A DNA stretch of 64,000 bases from Azolla caroliniana (Eukaryota > Plantae > Polypodiophyta): NCBI GenBank assembly GCA_043228905.1, contig JBHGNT010000002.1:13268001-13332000 (forward strand), written 5' to 3'. The position numbers and the translations under genes are program-made. The notes below the pieces were generated by a model. That model searched no databases, was not told the DNA's origin, and saw only the letters and a program-made list of their open reading frames with translations. Shown in pieces: positions 26,377-41,407 of this stretch (positions are counted from its first letter, which is position 1; each line of letters begins with the position of its first letter).

Positions 26377-27917
26377 GGTGGGGGTTACAGCGGGTCGGGA
26401 AAGACCACCGGATGGTTGTGGTGAGCGTAGTCCCCGCGTCTCGTCGAGATATTTGGAGAGCGAAGAATCACCTTTGTACTCACGGCAGGTAGTACTGAGG
26501 TTGTTGAGGCGCGGCTTTTGCCGTGCGCGTTCTTCTGCTTGGAGTGTGACGGACCTTGTTATTTGCCGATCTTGTCGTGTTGGTTCTCTGGGGCATCTAC
26601 GACTAAACATCCATTCGTCGTTGTTCGTCTGTGAGAAGACACAGATCACTAAGTGTGCCAAAAGTGTTGCCGATTAGGAACACGGTCCGCGGTCAGTCGT
26701 TCGACCTAGATCTCCAAGTGGGTGTGGAACAACGAATAGGCATCTAAACGTAATGCGGAGGGGAATGTTCCCTGTAACCGAATCCTTAGCAAAGGTTACA
26801 CTTACGTTCTTACACGCTTAGGTCTTCAAGACACACAGTGGATTAGCCGTAGCTATACACAGAGAATCAAAGAAGATAGAATTCTATTATGAGACGTTTC
26901 TAACATTCTCAAAATTACACACTCCCTCTATCAGAGGTTTTCTGCCCTTAATGTACGCAGGGTCTATTTAGCCGTTCGCGCTTCCTGCGTGAACCATTAC
27001 ATGCGTTATGATCTTATATTATTTCTTAATCCTACGCTCTTGTCCGTCGGTTACTATTCCAGCGGACAACACCTAGCACGCCTGTGGGACAATGCCTTGG
27101 CACGTCGGACCCATCCTGTTAATCCTCTTCCAAAATGGCCCGGATGTTTGGCTCTGCTACGGTGTCCGCATCTAGAGGTGACGTAGGGTCCGTAGGTGCA
27201 TCGTGGTGTGGCTCCCCTGATTGGTCGGGTTGGTTTCTTCTGGATTCGTAGTCACGGTGTGTGGGTGGTCCGGGTACGGTGGGCTCTTCTTGAGCTAGTG
27301 GGTTTGGCTCCACCGTTGTCGTGCTTGCAGTCGGCTGCGGCTCTGCCTCCATTGTTACGTCCTCCGTGGTGTCGGTCGTTTTGTACGCTCCAGGGAGTGG
27401 GGCGGAGATTCCGCCTGGCCCGCACCGTTTTTCGTGTGGCCCGATGATAGAGTGGGCTCGTGCGGATGAACCTCCTCTTGTGCAGTGGTTTCGTTGTCTG
27501 GTCCTGTGGGAAACTCCGCTCGTTGGTCCGCGATGTTCTCCATCGTTGTCATTTCTGGTGATCGGGCTTGAGGTTCCTCTTCTTCGGCCGTGCCCAGAAT
27601 TGGGGTCGCGCTGGATTCCTCGTTTGTGCGCATGTTGCCAGCTTGTGTGATCTGGTGAAATAGCTCCTCCTGGCTTTCACCAAAATCATCTAAGAGTTGT
27701 GCGAGTTCTTCGGAGTGTTGGTCCGCTAGCGCACGATAGTCTTCCGCTAGGTCCTCTCGTACGGCTGCGATGCTCTCCTCATTTAGTTTATAGAAACCTC
27801 GGCCGTCTTTTTGCTGGTTCTCCCAGTCTGCACGATATGCATGCAATTCCGCTACTTGGGTTGCCCACGCCATTCATCCTTTGTCCAGTGACATTTTCAA
27901 CTGCACTATGAACCTCT

Positions 27918-30900
27918 CCCGAGGAAGCTGTCAGGTCTATATGAGAGGAAGAATGCCCTCCATAAAACCTCACTGATGAGACAGATCGTACGGCTGAAAT
28001 ACAGAGACGGTGAGAGCATCATCGAACACATTAGCACATTCATGGGGTATGTAAATGAACTTGTTGCAACCAAGTTTCCCCTTGATGATTCTATGTAGGC
28101 CATCCTACTAATGTGCACACTGCTGGATAGCTGAGAGAACCTGGTGGTTACTCTCAACACCTCTTGTCAAGAAGAGAACTTGTCTTTATAAGCGGTGGAG
28201 ACAAGTATCCTGAATCAGGAAACGAGAAGGAAGGACAAGGGTGTCCTAGTCTAGTCGGAGTCAAATTTAACTCAACTTATCGGCAAAGGAAGGAACCGGC
28301 AAAGGAGGCCACCAAGGAGAGAAAAGTCTCAAGCCAGGTCGAAGTCTAGAGGAAGGCTCATGTGCTTTTATTGTGGAAAGCCTGAACATTTCTAGAAGGA
28401 CTGTTGACACCTTAAAAAGTAAAAGAGTGTCGGTAATAATGTCGAACCCATGAAGATTCCTGAAGAAAAGAACACTTCAGTCATTCCTAGGAGCAATGGA
28501 GAACATTTGTTTATTTATGAACAGATACGTGCAAATCTTGCAAGCAAAGAATGCACTTGGGTGATTGATTACAGTGCATCCTTCCACATAACTCCATTGA
28601 GAGAGTATTTCTCGACTTACATAGCCGGTGATCATGGTTATGTAAAGATGGGTGACCGTGGGGAGTGCAAGATACCAGGAATCGGAAGTGTCTGCCTGAC
28701 GACATCGACAGGCTGTTGACTGACTCTAAAGGATGTTTGACACGTCCTTGATATTAGATTGAATCTGATATCGACTAGAAGATTGGACGACGAAGGCTAG
28801 AATGGAAGTTTTCGGAATGGGAAGTGGAAGTTCTACCAAGGAAATCTTATAGTGGCCCGAGCATAGAAGGAAGGCACATTGTATATGATGCAAGTCCGAT
28901 TGTGCAAGTCAGAAGTGAATGTGGCAGCTGACTCGGTAGGACAGATATGGCATAAGAGGTTGGGCCACATGAGTGACAAGGGATTGAAGCTTCTACCAGA
29001 AGTAAAGGGAGTGGACCTGGAGAAGTGCGTCGACTGCTTAGTTAGAAAGCATAATATAGGAACATTCCACACATGGCCACCAAGAAGAAGAGAAGTTGCA
29101 CTGGAACTGGTACACATGGATGTGTGTTATGTAGATGCTCCCTCGCATCAAGGCAGACAATACTTTGTGATTTTCATCGACGACTACAGTCGAAGGTTGT
29201 GGGCTTTCATACTAAAGTCAAAAGATCAAGTACTGTCATTTTTCAAGGAGTTCTAGGCAAGAGGTCAACAGGAGTCAGATTGAAAGTTGAAGGATGTCCG
29301 AACACACAATGGTGGCGAATAGAAAGGGCAATTTGAGTAATAATGCAAGGCCCAAGGTATTCAAATCCAATACATAGTACCGAAGACCCTTGAGTTGAAC
29401 GGGCTTGTACAAAGGATGAAACGGACAACCATGGAGAGAGTAAGGAGCATGATTTCGCATGCTAAATTTTCGAAAATATATTGGGCTAAGGCGATGTACA
29501 CGATAGTTTATCTTATCAACATGTCCCCCTTAGTACCGTTGAAAGGGTGTGGACAGGAAAGGATGTCTCCTTCCGACACCAGAGGGTGTGGATCCCTAGT
29601 GTATATGCATGTACCTTAGGATCAAAGGTTAAACCTCGACAGTAAGTCAAAACCATGCATATTCATGGGATACTCAGAAGATGAGTTTGGTTATAGGCTA
29701 TGGGACCTAGTCGACAAGAAGGTAGTGAGGAGTTGGGACGTAGTCTCCTTGGAAAACAAGACCATAAAGGATTGGAAGCAACAAAAATCGGAATCGACTA
29801 ACCTGTCAACCTCCACTACTATCAACTTGAAGCCAAGTGAATTGACACAGTCGGCTGTTCGGAGATAGCCAGTCGGCACAACTGAATCTGAGTCAGTCGA
29901 CTCAAAGAGACCGACCAATTATGCGTTTGAGTCGGTAGATATGTTAAAGTTGATCGATGAATACAAATCAAAGTTAGTGGACATCTGACAACCGATCAAC
30001 ATGAACAAACCGAGAGAAGAGTTGGCAGAGACATCTGAACAAGAGATACCCATTCAGAGAAAGGAGAGCACCGACGACATATGTCAGTCAATACATCCTC
30101 TTCATTGATAAAGGTGAACCCGAGTTCTATGACGAAGCCATTGCTGACAAGCACAGAGAAAAATGGTTGAGCGAAATGTAGGATGAGATGGAGTCCCTAC
30201 ATGAGACCTATACCTATGACCTAGTAGAACTACTAAAAGGTAAGACAACACTCGGGAATAAATGGGTCTACAAGGTGAAGATTGGAGAAGTCGACGGAGC
30301 GCCTAGGTATAAAACCCGCATTGTGGTGAAGGGTTTCTAATAGAAAAAGGGCGTTGACTTTGATGAAATATTCGCTCCAGTCGTGAAGATGACATTCATT
30401 AGAACTGTTCTGAGCATTGTTGCCAGTATGGATCTGGTGATCGAACAGTTGGATGTCAAGACGTCATTCTTGCATGGGCAGCTGGATGAAGACATTTATA
30501 TGCAGCAACCCGAAGGCTTTGTGGAGAAAGGAAAAGAGAATCTCGTGTGTTCACTGAAGAAAAGCTTGTTTGGTTTGAAAAAAGCTCCACGCCAATGGTA
30601 CAAGAAGTTCGAATCCTTCATGGTGGAACATGGGTTCCAGAAAAGACAAGTTGATCAATTTGTGTTCATCAAAAGGTACTACGAAGGTGACTACATGGGG
30701 AGCTGGATGAAGACATCTATATGTAGCAGCCCGAAGGCTTTGTGGAGACAGGAAAAGAGAATCTGGTCTGTTGACTGAAGAAAAGCTTGTCTGGTTTGAA
30801 AAAAAGCTCCACGCCAATGGTACAAGAAGTTCGAATCCTTCATGGTGGAACATGGGTTCCAGAAAACACAAGATGATCAGTGTGTGTTCATCAAAAGGTA

Positions 30901-31430
30901 CTAGGAAGGTGACTGCATGGGGACCTGGATGAAGACATCTATATGCAGCAGCACGAAGGCTTTGTGGAGAAAGGAAAAGAGAATCTGATGTGTTGACTGA
31001 AGAAAAGCTTGTCTGGTTTGAAAAAAGCTCCACGCCAATGGTACAAGAAGTTCGAATCCTTCATGGTGGAACATGGGTTCCAGAAAACACAAGATGATCA
31101 ATGTGTGTTCATCAAAAGGTACTACGAAGGTGACTTCTTGATTCTCTTGTTATATGTAGATGACATGCTGATAGTCGGTCAAGACACAGGGAAGATCAGA
31201 ATTTTGAAGAAGGCTCTTGGCAAATCATTTTCCATGAAAGATCTTGGACTGGCTAAACAGATCTTAGCGATGCACATAGTTTGGGACAAAACTAAGAAAG
31301 TGTTGTGGTTGTCACAATAGAAGTATGTAACATAGATCCTCAAAAGGTTCAACAAGCCAGACGGCTCAGTGTTGTTGACAAACTGCAAGTTGAATGCCCA
31401 GCAATTCCTGAGAAGGGAGAAAGAAAAGGT
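27918..31430 (+). pseudogene. Decayed copia gag-pol, relative of the intact 3501 element, truncated at both ends
   Basis: Collinear with ORF 4123-8196 (RKLSGLYERKNAL...LLLYVDDMLIVG), with many stops. Confidence 0.92.
30473..31135. repeat. Three tandem copies of a ~221-bp RT segment
   Basis: Units start at 30473, 30694 and 30916 (catggg..ctggatgaagacat). Confidence 0.9.
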
Positions 31431-33117
31431 TGTGGCCTGTCGGAACCAGAGGTCCTCTCTGGACAGTGCCCATTGAAGGGCTCCCATCACCATATGATTA
31501 TTGTTCTCGGTCTGCTCCATGACCTAGTCGATTGTACTTGTCTGGAAATCTAATACTGCCAGCATGGTCCGGAGTGGCTCTTGGAGGGCCGCTAGAAATA
31601 CTGCTTTAACTTCATCCTCTTGAGGTGCTCGCGTTAATTGGCTATGAAGATTTTGGAATCGGATTATTAATTGTGGTACGGTTTCGTGTGCTTCATGGAA
31701 AGTGGTATAAAACCTTCTAGCTAACTCTCTTTGCGCCTCTTGCCGATGGAACAATCAAGAACTTGTCTCTTAGGTAAGTGAATGTGGTGAAGCTCACTAG
31801 GTATACTGTGCATGCCATCACGCCGCTGGTCCTTCCAATGATAGCCCAAACTCCACAATTTTTGATCCTTCTGCTTTGGCTTTCGTCAGCCTCTTGGAAA
31901 CGTGGTTGGCCTCCCATGTCTCGAGAAATGCGCGGATATGTGCCTCCATGTCTGGATCGTCCTGGTACTTTGGGTATTGGTACATCATGGTATCTTCTTC
32001 TTCGGCACGTTTTGGTTCCGGTATGATTTCTTACACCGGTGGTGTCAGCACTCGATTGTCTTCTTCTTCTAGTTGTTGTGCCAGAATAACTTCTTCTGGC
32101 CGCACCGGATTAACTTCCTTCGTTGGTGGTGTTGGAACCAAAATTACTTGTTCTGCCGAACGTGTTGGTGTCAGAGTTTCCAACTCCTGTGTTGGTGTGT
32201 GATCAGACCCGTCTTCGTCCGGCTCGTCCGGAGTATCATGATTGGATCTATAATTCGAGTGGATGGTCCACTCACCGTTGTCTGATTCCAACTCGATTGC
32301 GGAAAAGGCTTCCGAATCACCAGCTCTTGTTGTGAAAGTTTGTAGTACCGCTTCGGCGTCGATCAGACTAGTAAGGTTGCTTCCTTTTTCTGAGTGTCAT
32401 TGATTTTGAATCCGGATTGTCTCATTCGCGACCCACCAAATCTCTCTGGGAAAAGACCAATCCTACCGGATCTCTTCTATCACCTGCTAGTAAGCCTCCC
32501 GCCTCCACAATAGCTCAGCTAGTGTTCTCGCTCGTTCAGCCACTGGGTCATTCATCTGTATAGACATCCATCCCCGTTATTCATTGCTCTGTGTAGAATC
32601 GTGGTCGCCAAAATTGTGTTACTCGTGGGCTGGGCTTAGCCGCTAACATAGGGTCTCCCCTTCTGGAATACACCTCCAAAGGGGTGGTCACAAATATGGA
32701 TGGGGTGCTTCACTCAGACACTTATCACTATCCCGTTACTTTCCGGAATGCTTTCCAAAGCACATATGACTTATCCGTCACTCAATTACACATGTAGGAT
32801 AATGAATTATAGCACAGATGGCAAGTACACAAGATGAATCCAACAATAGACAATAGAATAGACAATCAATACTTTATCTTGCATTACTTTTGTAAAGATA
32901 CATTCATCTGGATCCTTTACATAGGCATCTAGTAGAATGGTACAAAATAGTGCCTATCTGATTACCAGCTACAAATCGGTGCGGATCGAGATCGGTACAA
33001 CTATTTAGATCCGTCATTCCCTTAATAGTATTTATCTATAATATATTATTATTTATCCAGCCTTAACTCTTCCCGGTCCACACCTCCGCCTCTGGATCAT
33101 ACTCTCATAAGCTAACA
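31431..33117 (-). mobile_element. 5' fragment of an Arg-primed gypsy (LTR ~32615-33117, PBS, gag start); relative of 1574-16194
   Basis: PBS TGGCGACCAC (32601-32610). Leader and gag (MESDNGEWTIHSNYRSNHDTPD) match 15241-15750. The LTR ends gctaaca. Confidence 0.85.
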
Positions 33118-33313
33118 GGAGGCATGCAATGTGGTCACTTAAGGACCTATGCACAATCATGCAATTGGAGAATGGTCTACCTTGGGTAGTCTACAACGAC
33201 GTTGTCGCGTTACTATGCGCGTGCGTGCAGAAGGGGCGGGACCACGGGGGTCTCGGACGAGGGAGAAGGGATGCCGAGAAACCAACTCCGAACACGTCCC
33301 AGAGGCAACCGAA

Positions 33314-33358
<45 letters not shown>

Positions 33359-34696
33359 AAAGAGAAAACATGCGCGCGACACCGACTCTTATGCACAGGA
33401 AACAAGGGGCTAAGCTCTCGACACCACCAAATACACTAATATGCACAAACAAATGTGAGTATATATATTACAAGGGAAAAGATACAACCCCGGCTTCGAG
33501 CCGGACCAAGGTAGCGTAGGTTACAACAACAGTTTGCTGCCAAGCTGCCAATCGGGGAGCTCCCGGGCTCATCGCGCCATGCGGGGTCTTGCACAGGGGA
33601 CTGAGCAGAAGCAAACCCTAAACAAACACGAACTCTCAACCCACACGATGAAGATGAAGAAGAAGAAAAAAAAAAACTCCCCCAAATGAAACCCTAGAAC
33701 AAAACAAAGAATAAGAGGAACTGCCTAACCCTAAATCTAACGGTATACCCTCCTAACTCCAAAATTGGGCAACCCAATTACAAGGGAACCCTCCCTCCTT
33801 TTATAGGCTAACGAGGGGAGGGTGTTACAATGTGGGACAAATACTCCCCTTTATTCTGTACACCGTTTCCTACCATACATGCGCACATGTGAGGATCTCC
33901 GTGGGACCTCCCCTTCTGCCGTCACGATTGCCCACCTTGCTGCCGCCACCGTTCTTCCCTCTAGGTCTCACGCCGGCTCTCGGGCCGACTGCCGGAGTAT
34001 CTAGAACGGGTGTGTGTAAGGTTGTGGCAGCACCGCTTGCCGTTTCCCTCTTGCCGGAGTCCAGACCTCTGAGTCGGCCTCTTCTACTGGTCACGTTCAC
34101 CTACCGCCACCGATCTCTCCTATAGGACTCACGCCGGCACTTAGGCCGACCGCCGGATCGGTGTGAGGATCTTCGTAGATCGCCCATCCATAGTCCTTTT
34201 GCCTTTGTCCCCTCGCCGCCACCGTTCGTCACTCTAGGTCTCACGCCGGCTCGTCGTATTTCTGACCCTTATCCAGGGTCATCTTTGTCTGCAAGTCGAG
34301 AGGGTGGCTCGCCCCACACCCTCTCCCGTGGTACCGATGTACCGTGTTGCCGGCCTCTCCGTAGGCCTGCTCTCTCCTCCCTCCTGAATCGATTATCCGG
34401 AAGTCCGCTCCGCTCGGTTCTCGTTCGGGTCCGTCTGTCATTCTCTGGATTGACGGGTCTCGTTCTCTTGCCGCCACCGTCAATATCCTAGTCTTACGTC
34501 GGATCCGATGCCGACCGCCGAAGTCTCTAGGCCGGTGTGAGGTTACCCATAGGACCGGTCTTCGCTCTCCATTTCGTCCCTTGTACTTCCACCAAACTCG
34601 TCGTCACTCTCCTTGTTGTGCTCCCACCTCCATCTTCCATCTCTTTCGGTCTCACGTTGCCACGCCGGCCGAACTGCCGAAGTCTCCGATAACTAC

Positions 34697-37600
34697 TTGG
34701 TTTCGGATACTTGTTGCTGAGCTTGCTCGGAGTGACTCCGGTAACTTGAGGAACAGAACCGGATGGTCTTCCTGAATGTTGTCGAGTCGGAGTGTGCCCA
34801 GTTAGCTTCCGATTGTATGCCGAATACCGATTACGTGAAACCGATTGTCTGGGCCGATTCTGCTTCGGATGACTGCAGTGATGAGAGGGACGGATCGAAC
34901 TGATCCTCCCGAGTGTCGATCAACTGAATGAAGCATGAATTTGGTTATTTCCAGGAGACCAATCTGCAGCGGGTGGTTACAACAATCGGGTGAATAGCGT
35001 CTGGTGACCTATTCGGATGTCGTTTAACCAAATGAAGCACGATTGGGTCGGGTGTTGCATAGGGATCTCGCCTCAAGTGCTTACAATCACAGGAAATAGA
35101 GTACAGCTGACTAGCTTACTCCAATTTGTGATTTAACACAGTGAGGTGCAAACTTCTTGTTTGTCTTCTCTCTTCTCTGTTCTTCAAGAAGTTACAAAAA
35201 ACAGAATGTTGTGGTGTACGATGACGGCCGACAGAGGGTTGAAGAACCTCCAATGCTCTGATACCAAATGCGGAAGTGCAAGCAACATTCGTGATGAAGA
35301 AGAACCTATGTATGTGCATGAGCAAGATACACACGGAGAGAGAGGGAGAGAGGCACAAAGAAATCGTATTATTTCTTAACAGCAACAATTACAAATGACA
35401 ACCAGCCTTTACTAAAGGTTACAAAGTCACTTTATATAGTGACTATCCTAGGGCAACTACCCTTTATGCTATTTACAGAAATAGCCCAAACTTGGGTTGT
35501 CCAAAGGGACAGTGTGAATACGGCCATTATACACTTGTATTCAACACTCCCTCGTAATGCGCGTATACATGGGTTATCTAAAAATTTACAGGTATATACA
35601 AGGTTTATCAGATAGATCGGTTTTGTTAGAGTTGGCAAGATCCGAAGACAGAGGACGGAACCGGTCGGGTCAGAAGAGCTGAAGCCGATCCTCAAAGAAC
35701 CGATGTTAATGGTCCGAAACCATCATGTGTTGTGTGTCCGACTTTAACCGGACCGATTTTTCGTTACGCCCATCTACTGCCGAAGGGACCAAAAACGATC
35801 CGCCGAAAGACACTTGGTCATTCCATTAGTGACATTTTCGGTTGTGGATATCTTCTCTAGACCGATTCTCCCTGAAATGAAGCAGTCCCGAATGAAGTGA
35901 TATCGAAAATCGATATGCTTGGAGGCGTTGTGGTGAACCGGATTCTTTGACAAAGCAACAACACCCTGACTGTCGCTGTAGACAATTAGAGCCGAGTTGG
36001 AGTCAACTTGTCGAAACATGTGTGCCAGCCGACCGAGCCATAAAGCTTCTTTTGTCGTGTCGGACGCAACTACATATTCCGCTTCGGTCGTTGAGGTGGT
36101 TGTGCACTCCTGAAGTTTCGACTTCCACGAGATTGCTCCATTGCCGAATTTGAAATAGTATATGGTTGTTGATCTCCGACTGTCCACGCAACCGGCGAAG
36201 TCCGAGTTGGTGTAACCGACTACGCCTGAGGTTGAGTTCGGGCCAAAAAGAATGTTGTGGTATTTTGTGCCAGCTAGATATCTGAACACATGCTTGACTG
36301 CGTTCCAGTGTGATCGGCCTGGGTTGTGCATGAATCTACTGACGACTCCTATGACGTGAGAAATATCAGGCCGTGTCGCGACCATCGCATACATAAGGGA
36401 GCCAATTGCCGGTGCATACGGTACTGACTTCATATCTTCCTCCTCGGACCGGATGTCGGGTAGTCTCACTGAGACAACCGAAGGTTAATGGGGAGCGGGG
36501 TCGAAGCAGACTTGGCTGATTGCATGTTGAAGTGTTCCAAGACACGGCCGATGTAGTTGGTTTGAGACAAGAAAAGTTGTCATGTATCGCGATGCCGACT
36601 AATCTTCATGCCAAGTATGTGTCTTGCCAGACCGAGGCCCTTCATGGAAAACTTCAACCGCAATTTCCAAACGAGTTCGGTGAGCTCTTCGGCATGTCGG
36701 CCGAAGAGGAGTATGTCGTCCACGTAAATGATCAGGAAGACGGGAGACCCGTCTTAAGCTGTTTTGGTGAAGAGATAGTGTTCCTCATCGCTCTTTGAGA
36801 AGCTAAACGACTGGATGAAGTCGTCAAACTTCTTGTACCACTGTCGGGTGCCTGTTTTGGACCGTAGAGACTCTTCCTGAGTTGGCAGACTAGATGTTCC
36901 TGGCTGGATGCCACAAAACCTTTCGACAACTCCATGTAGATTTCCTCCTGTAAGTCACCATGGAGAAATGTTGTTTTTACATCTAGCTGAATCAGCTCCA
37001 AGTTGTCGGTAGCCACGATGCCGAGCATGAAACAAAGGGTTGTCATTTTCACCACTAGTGAAAAGATTTCATCGAAGTCGACGCCATATTCTTGTCTAAA
37101 TCCCTTTGCAACTAATCTGGCCTTGTACGTTGGGTTGGTTGAGTCAAACGTCTCTTTTAGTCGATAGAACCACTTGCATGGAAGAGCACGTCGATTCTTT
37201 GGTAATTCGACCAAGTCCCGGTCTTATTTGCCCGAATGAAGTGCATTTCCGACTCCATCGCCAGATGCCATGTGGCTGAATCGGCAAATGCCGATGCTTC
37301 TTCGTAAGACGTCGGTTCGTCGGCGTCAGTAAAGAAAATTCCAGGAGAGTACCTCTCCGGAGGTTGCTATAGTCTCTCGGATCTACGAGGTATAACTGGA
37401 CTAGTCGCACCAGGTGTCGATGTCGGATGGTCGGGAGCCGAGCCATTCATTTGTGCCGAATCGGTGGATTCGGTGCGAGAGTTGTCGGATACCTGTGAAA
37501 CTGATCTTGTGTTGTGGGTTGGGCCTTTATGAAGGGTTGGCACGTCGGAAAATATTACCCTTCGGACTTCGATAGGCCTTTCGGCTGTTTTATGCTTTGC

Positions 37601-40600
37601 TGACTCATTGAACACGACGTCCGAACTTCGGACGATTTGTCTGTGCTCAGGGTCCTAGAGTCGGTATCTGATCTCGCCGTCGGGTCCATATCCAAGGAAA
37701 ATGCATTTCCTTGATCTTGGTTCGAGTTTCCGGCGGTCGTCTTTCGGTATGAGGGCATACGCCTCGTAGCCGAAGATCCTCAGCTTGTCATAATTCAGCT
37801 TACTGCCGATCCATATTTCCTGAGGTATTTGAAGTCCTAGAGGTCTACTTGGCGACATATTTATTATGTGTACTGCTGTAAGTAGAGCCTCCGCCCAAAA
37901 GCCATTTGACAGTCTGGAGTGTTGGAGCATGGTTACTACGCGTTCTTGAATCGTCTGATTCATGTGTTTAGCAATTCCATTCTGCTCTAGACTATAGGGT
38001 GCCGTATATTCACGTCAAATGCCATGTTCCCAGCAGAATTTGATGAATTCTTCAGAATTGAATTCTCCTCCATTGTCGGTTCAGAGACATTTCAGTTTCC
38101 GACCGGTTTGATTTTCGACCATTGCAAGGCATTTGGAGAAGATCGAGAACACCCGATCTTTGGTTCTGAGGGGGTAAGCCCACACCTTCCGAGTCGAGTC
38201 GTCAATAAAACTAACGAAGTACGAAGCGCCACCGAGAGACTGATGTGGCATCGGGCCACAGACGTCCGAGTGGACCAAATCGAGGGGACTCGATTCTCTT
38301 GGTGCTGATGTCGGGTGTGATGCAGCTACCTATTTGCCCTATTGGCAATGCTCACAGAATTGGTGATCCGAGAAGGAGAGTTGGGGGATGTAACCGGCTT
38401 TGGATAGGTGCATTATGCCGACCTGGTTGAGGTGTCCAAGTCGTCCGTGCCATAACGATGACATGGGGATATCAACCAGAAACAAGTCACCCTCTTTGAG
38501 TGTGACATATAAAGGGTACAAGGAATGTACCTTTGGTCCTCGAGCAAGCAGGAGGTTCCGTTTGTGGAGTGTCCACCCTCCTGATGAGAATCCGGCATTG
38601 ATGCCGGCTTCGTCAAGCTGTCCGACTGAGATCAAAGGTCTTCAGAGCTTAGGAACATGTCGCACATTGTGTGGTATGAGTGTAGAGCCACCCGGAAGGT
38701 TGAGCTCTACGGTGCCGATTCCAATTATAGCACAGTGCTGCGAGTTTCCGACTCGAATTGAGTCGGAGTGCCGGTCCGAGTATTGCCAAAACTGAGATCG
38801 GTGAGGTGTCACATGATACGATGCACCCGAGTCCAGGAGACATGTGCTCGATTCCTCAATCGTAAGCAGAACTTCTGATTCAACTGGGTTCTCTATGGAC
38901 AATATGTTTGGGTCAATCATCAAAATTTCGGCTGCAGAGCCGATGTACTTGACCTCCTCATGGCGGCTACTCTTTTGATCAGCTCTCTAAGCTTTGTCGG
39001 TTTTTTCTTTGAGTGCCTGGTAGTCGGCTTTGATGTGTCTTGGTTTCTTGCAGTAGTTGCAGATTCAGTTGTCTCGGGACTTGCTCCGGCTTCGCTGATT
39101 GTTCGGCGGTCGGGAAGAACCTCTACCCCGATTGTTCGATCGGTCGGTCGAACCTTGTACTACGTAAGCTTCATTTGCCGGGTCTTTGGCGAAAGACTTT
39201 ATCCGAGTTGCTTCAATCAGGATTGCGCTCGTGACTTCGGAGTAGTTAATGGCAATCGTTGAAGCATTCCACACGGCTGTAACGAAAGTTTCCCATGAAG
39301 AGGGGAGACTACTCATGACTATCATTGCTCTGAGTTCATCCTCGATTGCCATCCCCTGAGACGAGATTTGGGAGCTTATGCTTTCGTACTCATTGAGGTG
39401 TGCCTGAACCGAATCGAATTCTTTCATCCGCAAGTTGTAGAGGTGCCGGATCAGATACATCTTCGTTGCGGTGACCTTCTTCTCATAAGTTTCCGACAGT
39501 GTTTTCCAAAGTTCAAATGTTGTCGTGCATGATTGCACTGTGAAGTACACCGACTCTGACAAGTGCATCCAAATCGTGGCGTGGAAGATTCTGTCCAGCT
39601 TTAGCCACTCATTTCCCTTGTATCCTTCTAGAGGATTTTCATTCTCAATTGGGTCTATCTAACCCTTGACTATGAAATAGTCTTGCATTTGTTCCTTCCA
39701 GAAGTTGAAGTTCGAACCGTCGAACCTCCTTAGACTCATCTCCGATGAGCCAGATGTTGATTCCATCTGCTTCGGTTTCAGTTGGTAAGAGTCGGTTCGA
39801 CGTTGACTACAAACCTTAGTGGGGTGCAGCCGGTTGGCTTACCCGATGTCGTTCTAGTCGGTTTTAAACCCGAGTCGGTTTGGTTACAAATACGTGTTGC
39901 TGAACTTGCTCGGAGTGACGCTGGTAACTTGAGGGACAGAACCGGCTGGTCTTCCCGAATGTTGCCGAGCCGGAGTGAGCCTGGTTAGCTTCCGATTGTA
40001 TGTTGAATACCGATTACAAGAAACCGATTGTTTGGGTCGATTCTGCTTCGGATGACTGCAACAATGAGAGGGACAGATCCAACTGATCCTCCCGAGTGTC
40101 GATCAGCCGAATGAAGCACGAATTTGGTTGTTGCCAGGAGACCAATCTGTAGCGGGTGGTTACAACAATCGGGTGAATAGCATCCGGTGACCTATTCGGA
40201 TGTCGTTTAACCGAATGAAGCACGATTGGGTCGGGTGTTGCACAGGGATCTCGCCTCAAGTGGTTACAATCACAGGAACAGAGTACAACTGACTAGCTTA
40301 CTCCAATTTGTGATTTAACACAGTGAGGTGCAAACAAGGTTGTTAGGTACGTTAGGTACGATACGGATACCATACGTATTTAACGTATTAATACCCGTAT
40401 AGTACCTCCCAATTTAAAAATACGTTAAATAAGTTTTCTTAATATGTTAAATACTTATTAAATACATTAAATACGTTAAATACGTATTTTACGTATAGTA
40501 CGTTAAATACTTCTGGAATTTGAAAATTATTTACCTTTCTAAAAAATATCTATAATATTGTAAAAAACATCTATGTTTACACAATTCTATGATGTACAAT

Positions 40601-41353
40601 ATAGTTCTACATCCTAAAATGCATATAAGACATTTGAACATTTCACATCCTAAAATACTTGTAGTAATATGGATGTCGACATTCCCTTATTCTATAAATT
40701 AGTGTGTGTATCACGATGTTCTACTTCAAATTGTAATTATTTATAATTATGCCTTCATAGATTGAGGAATTGTCTACGATTATCACGCTCATGATAGGTT
40801 TCTCTTTTCTTCGTTTTCTTCGTCTTCTTCTTCTATCTTTTGCGATTAGATCACACTCAAGACAGGTTTATGTCTTCTTTTCTCTCTTCTTCTTCTTCAT
40901 CGTCGTCTCTTCTATTCTTCTTTCTTCCTTCCTTTGGCTTCTTTTTCACTAAAATCGTTTTTTTCTTTTGCTTTTTGTTAGGGTTTTACTTACATTTTCT
41001 TTATAAATACGTATTATACCTATTTTTTTATAAATACGTTAAATACCGTATTGGACAAACGTACATGATATTTGATTGAACAACATTGAGGTATAGTACG
41101 TACTATACAAATGATGAGGTACTATACGTATTTAAACGTTAAATACGGGTACGTAAACAACCATGGGTGCAAACTTCTTGTTTGTCTTCTCTCTTCTTTG
41201 TTCTTCAAGAAATTACAAAAAATAGAATGTTGTGGTGTACGATGACGGTCGATAGCAGGTTGAAGAACCTCCAACGCTCTGATACCAAATGTGCAAGTGC
41301 AAGCAACATTCGTGATGAAGAAGAACCTTGTGTATGCGCATGAGCCAGATACA

Positions 41354-41407
<54 letters not shown>

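Larger units (their letters stand above)
18006..27917 (-). mobile_element. Athila-like non-chromovirus Ty3/gypsy with a very long LTR (3' LTR ~18006-21180; 5' LTR 26665-27917, truncated)
   Basis: Direct repeat 18006-~19290 matches 26665-27917. PBS TGGCACACTTAG (26649-26660, tRNA-Arg-like). Purine tract 21181-21210 lies directly after pol, followed by TATTAAAA (probably TGTT mutated). Left flank AAGAG. Confidence 0.88.

Noticed and set aside
33317-33353. (GA)n runs here and at 41358-41405, 45535-45566 and 59873-59950
   Set aside because: Ordinary LTR microsatellites; they generate spurious ER/SL-repeat ORFs.
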